A stretch of 64,000 bases of DNA from Cirrosporium novae-zelandiae (Eukaryota). The translations under genes and the position numbers were made by a program. Below, in pieces: positions 61,784 through 64,000 of the stretch. The notes under the pieces were generated by a model, which had not been told where the DNA came from, made no database searches, and was given only the letters and a program-made list of their open reading frames with translations. The stretch's first letter is position 1, and the number at the start of each line of letters is the position of its first letter. The stretch spans positions 248,001-312,000 of the forward strand of contig JAPETS010000027.1 in the NCBI GenBank assembly GCA_026023565.1, given 5' to 3'.

Positions 61784-62661
61784 GGTAATAAATAGTTTTG
61801 TTGGAATCAGGGTATCTGTTTGACTCAAAGAACCAAGTGAGGAGGCGTTAAGCTTCAGTAGGCGTTGATAGAATAGGGCTGAAGAGATGAAGCGGTGGAA
61901 GAAGGAAGAATCTATATGTATTTAGTGTACTGGGTATGAATCGCCCTGGATGAACTGAGTGTTATGAGTGTTATGAGTATTATGGAGAGTATGAAAAGTA
62001 GAAAGAAGAGTTCGAGTCAATACTTTCTACATCTGAGGTGGTTGTTGGAAGCTGCAGGGCAGGGACCGGGGGTCGGGTACTGTTTAACCGTTCGACGTCA
62101 GGTCGACCAGCGGATTCGACTCACTCGCTAATAAGTAATTATTACTGGTAAGTTACAGAGTAATTAATCTAAAGACCGAAACGCTTCGCTTTCGTGGAAG
62201 GCTCTGGTGATTTTATTACAGTATAAAATACATGTGCCTATAGATATTTACGAATTTATAGAATTTGCCCAAAATGAAGAATTTTTCTTTTGCCCTGAGA
62301 TGGTGGCAATCGGAGATGGCCAGGAACACTGAGACAGTGAGATTGGACCATGTTACAGAAGTAACAGGACCACCAGAACCGTGCCTTACTCTTTCACTGC
62401 CTACAGATCCGATAAGGAATGGCGCTTTCACTCCACTCGATCACCGATAACGCCTAAGTACCGCAGATCATGTGCCCCGCTCGTCACTAATTTCCCTTTG
62501 ATTACGCCACCGCTCGCTCCGCCGCATTATTGTTTTTCCTTTTCGCCAGAACTTTCCTACCGGAAACCCCAAGATTCAAGATCCGGAGGCTCAAATAAAC
62601 AACACTTCCTGGATATTGGCACCATAATTTCCCTCCAGATTGATCTCGGTGCTTTGCAGCA

Positions 62662-63400
62662 ATGTCACAATATCGTAAAATTGAGCTCCAATCGCCTGCC
62701 GACTTTGCATACTTGATTTCCAATGTGGAGCGTGTCGCCCGCGACAAGCTAGATTTGCATTTACCCCCTGCAGCTGCAGACAAGACAGGAGATGGCGGCG
62801 AAGACAGATTCAGGAAGCGCGTAGGAGAATTGGTTGACGAGGTACACCGTTTCTCACCACAACACCAGAGAAAATGAGGATATCAAACTTACCATACCCA
62901 ATCAGTATATACACCAAACTTTTCAACTCGCCTCTTCATCCATTCTCCTCAATGGCCTTCCTGCCTCCGAATCATCCATACTCGACCCCCAGTCTCTGGG
63001 CCTAACAGCTACCGAGGAAGATGTCTACGAGACTCATGATCCCACCCTGCTGACACGCCTTCAATCCCTCTATGACGCTCTCGAAAACGAAACCACACGC
63101 GTGGCGAAATTGCGGCGAACGGCACCAGCACATGCAGCAAAGGCATATGCTGCTGCTTTAGAAAAGCAGATCAAGGATGAAGAAAGGGTAATGAAGAAAG
63201 AAGACGCTGAGAAGGTTGAAAGGATCAAAAGAAAGGAAGTGAAGGTGAAATTAGAGGTCGAGAGGTTGGATGAGATAGAGGAGACATTTGAGATGGGCGT
63301 AGAAGGGTTGACGAGGCTGAGAGAGGGAGTGGGAGAAACGAGAGGAAGGTTAGAAAGGGCCGGGGAGGCGGTAAAGGTTGTAGAGGGGATGAGGAGTTGA
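62662..63400 (+). CDS. NSL1: MIND/Mis12 kinetochore subunit Nsl1/Mis14 (2 exons)
   Basis: RKIELQSPADFAYL..KLDLHLPP..RVGELVDE|YIHQTF..SILLNG (intron 62842-62905); VAKLRRTAP; RLERA. Confidence 0.85.
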
Positions 63401-64000
63401 GTTTCTTCATCTACAGTTTCTTGCTGGGTGAGTCAAGATGCTGGCAGTCAAATTGGCGTTTGGTATAATACCCTGGCTCACGAATCGGGAATATGAGCGA
63501 AATGATACCCATGGTCTACGCCGAAATTCAAAAGGGCGTTGGTAGACAACCTGTCTTATTTACGAATAGGGATTATGAGGTGTTAACTGCAATATAACTT
63601 GCTAAAGACTAGTCATTGGCCTTCTATATCGCTTTACATTTTACGCCTTGGGGGTAGATTCATGTCAGGATCTGGAAATCAATCAAATCTTTCAAAGCGA
63701 GGTGGACCTGAGAAAGAAATTCCAGATTCAACAGCAGAAATAGCGTTTATTCCCAGTCTACGATGTCATTTAATGATCCTTCACATGTATATTCAGCCTA
63801 AAGATGATTTTGTCCGCGCCGAGCCTCTAAGATGGAAACAGCAGCCAGGCTAGAAATCAAATTATTTGTGAATCAAGGAGAACAAGAGAACTTGATTGTT
63901 GAATACAAAATTCTCAATTGCCTCCAGGATAACGCCACATAACATCCTCCGAGCCTCCATTATTTATGCGCATTTCTCTCCTTGCAATGAGCGAATTACA

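Noticed and set aside
1..64000. tRNA, rRNA, snoRNA, CRISPR or secondary-metabolite gene cluster
   Set aside because: No cloverleaf, rRNA or spacer arrays seen; isolated ATGATGA boxes (near 755 and 5985) lack a convincing D box; no PKS/NRPS, only the dead methyltransferase. A tRNAscan/Infernal run would be needed to exclude small RNAs.
63850..64000. 3' end of a minus-strand gene running off the window
   Set aside because: Open frames are short and unrecognisable; cannot be supported.

Overview
Gene-dense window from an intron-rich filamentous ascomycete (Pezizomycotina; finer placement is not possible from sequence alone). I read about 24 protein-coding genes and roughly 60 short spliceosomal introns, assigned by eye from GT/branch/AG signals and conserved protein motifs. 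Most are housekeeping genes: VPS1, VMA1 (no intein), GID7/WDR26-like, SSL2/XPB, a DUF4748-like small protein, a CID/SR protein, GRX3/4, a BBOX/TauD dioxygenase, TPC1, RPF2, MTD1, MMS19, SHE3-like, SPC2, EMC3, PXMP4, an MscS-like channel, tubB-type alpha-tubulin, GPI1 and NSL1/Mis14. There are also three uncharacterised genes and a decayed O-methyltransferase pseudogene. No tRNA, rRNA or intact transposon was seen. The most notable items are: (1) an intact stand-alone ORF (43542-44399) fusing a Cys/His-motif N-terminal domain to a Ty3/Gypsy-type retropepsin, with no RT, integrase or LTR nearby (candidate domesticated protease); (2) a 1.2-kb ATG-depleted leader and a 150-codon in-frame ATG-less extension on GID7/WDR26 (candidate non-AUG initiation); (3) about 8 of 60 introns ending in AAG; (4) a 26-bp hairpin whose four mismatches are all G.U pairs; (5) a recurrent intergenic TACCTAGGTA palindrome. 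All family assignments are from motif recognition, not database searches.
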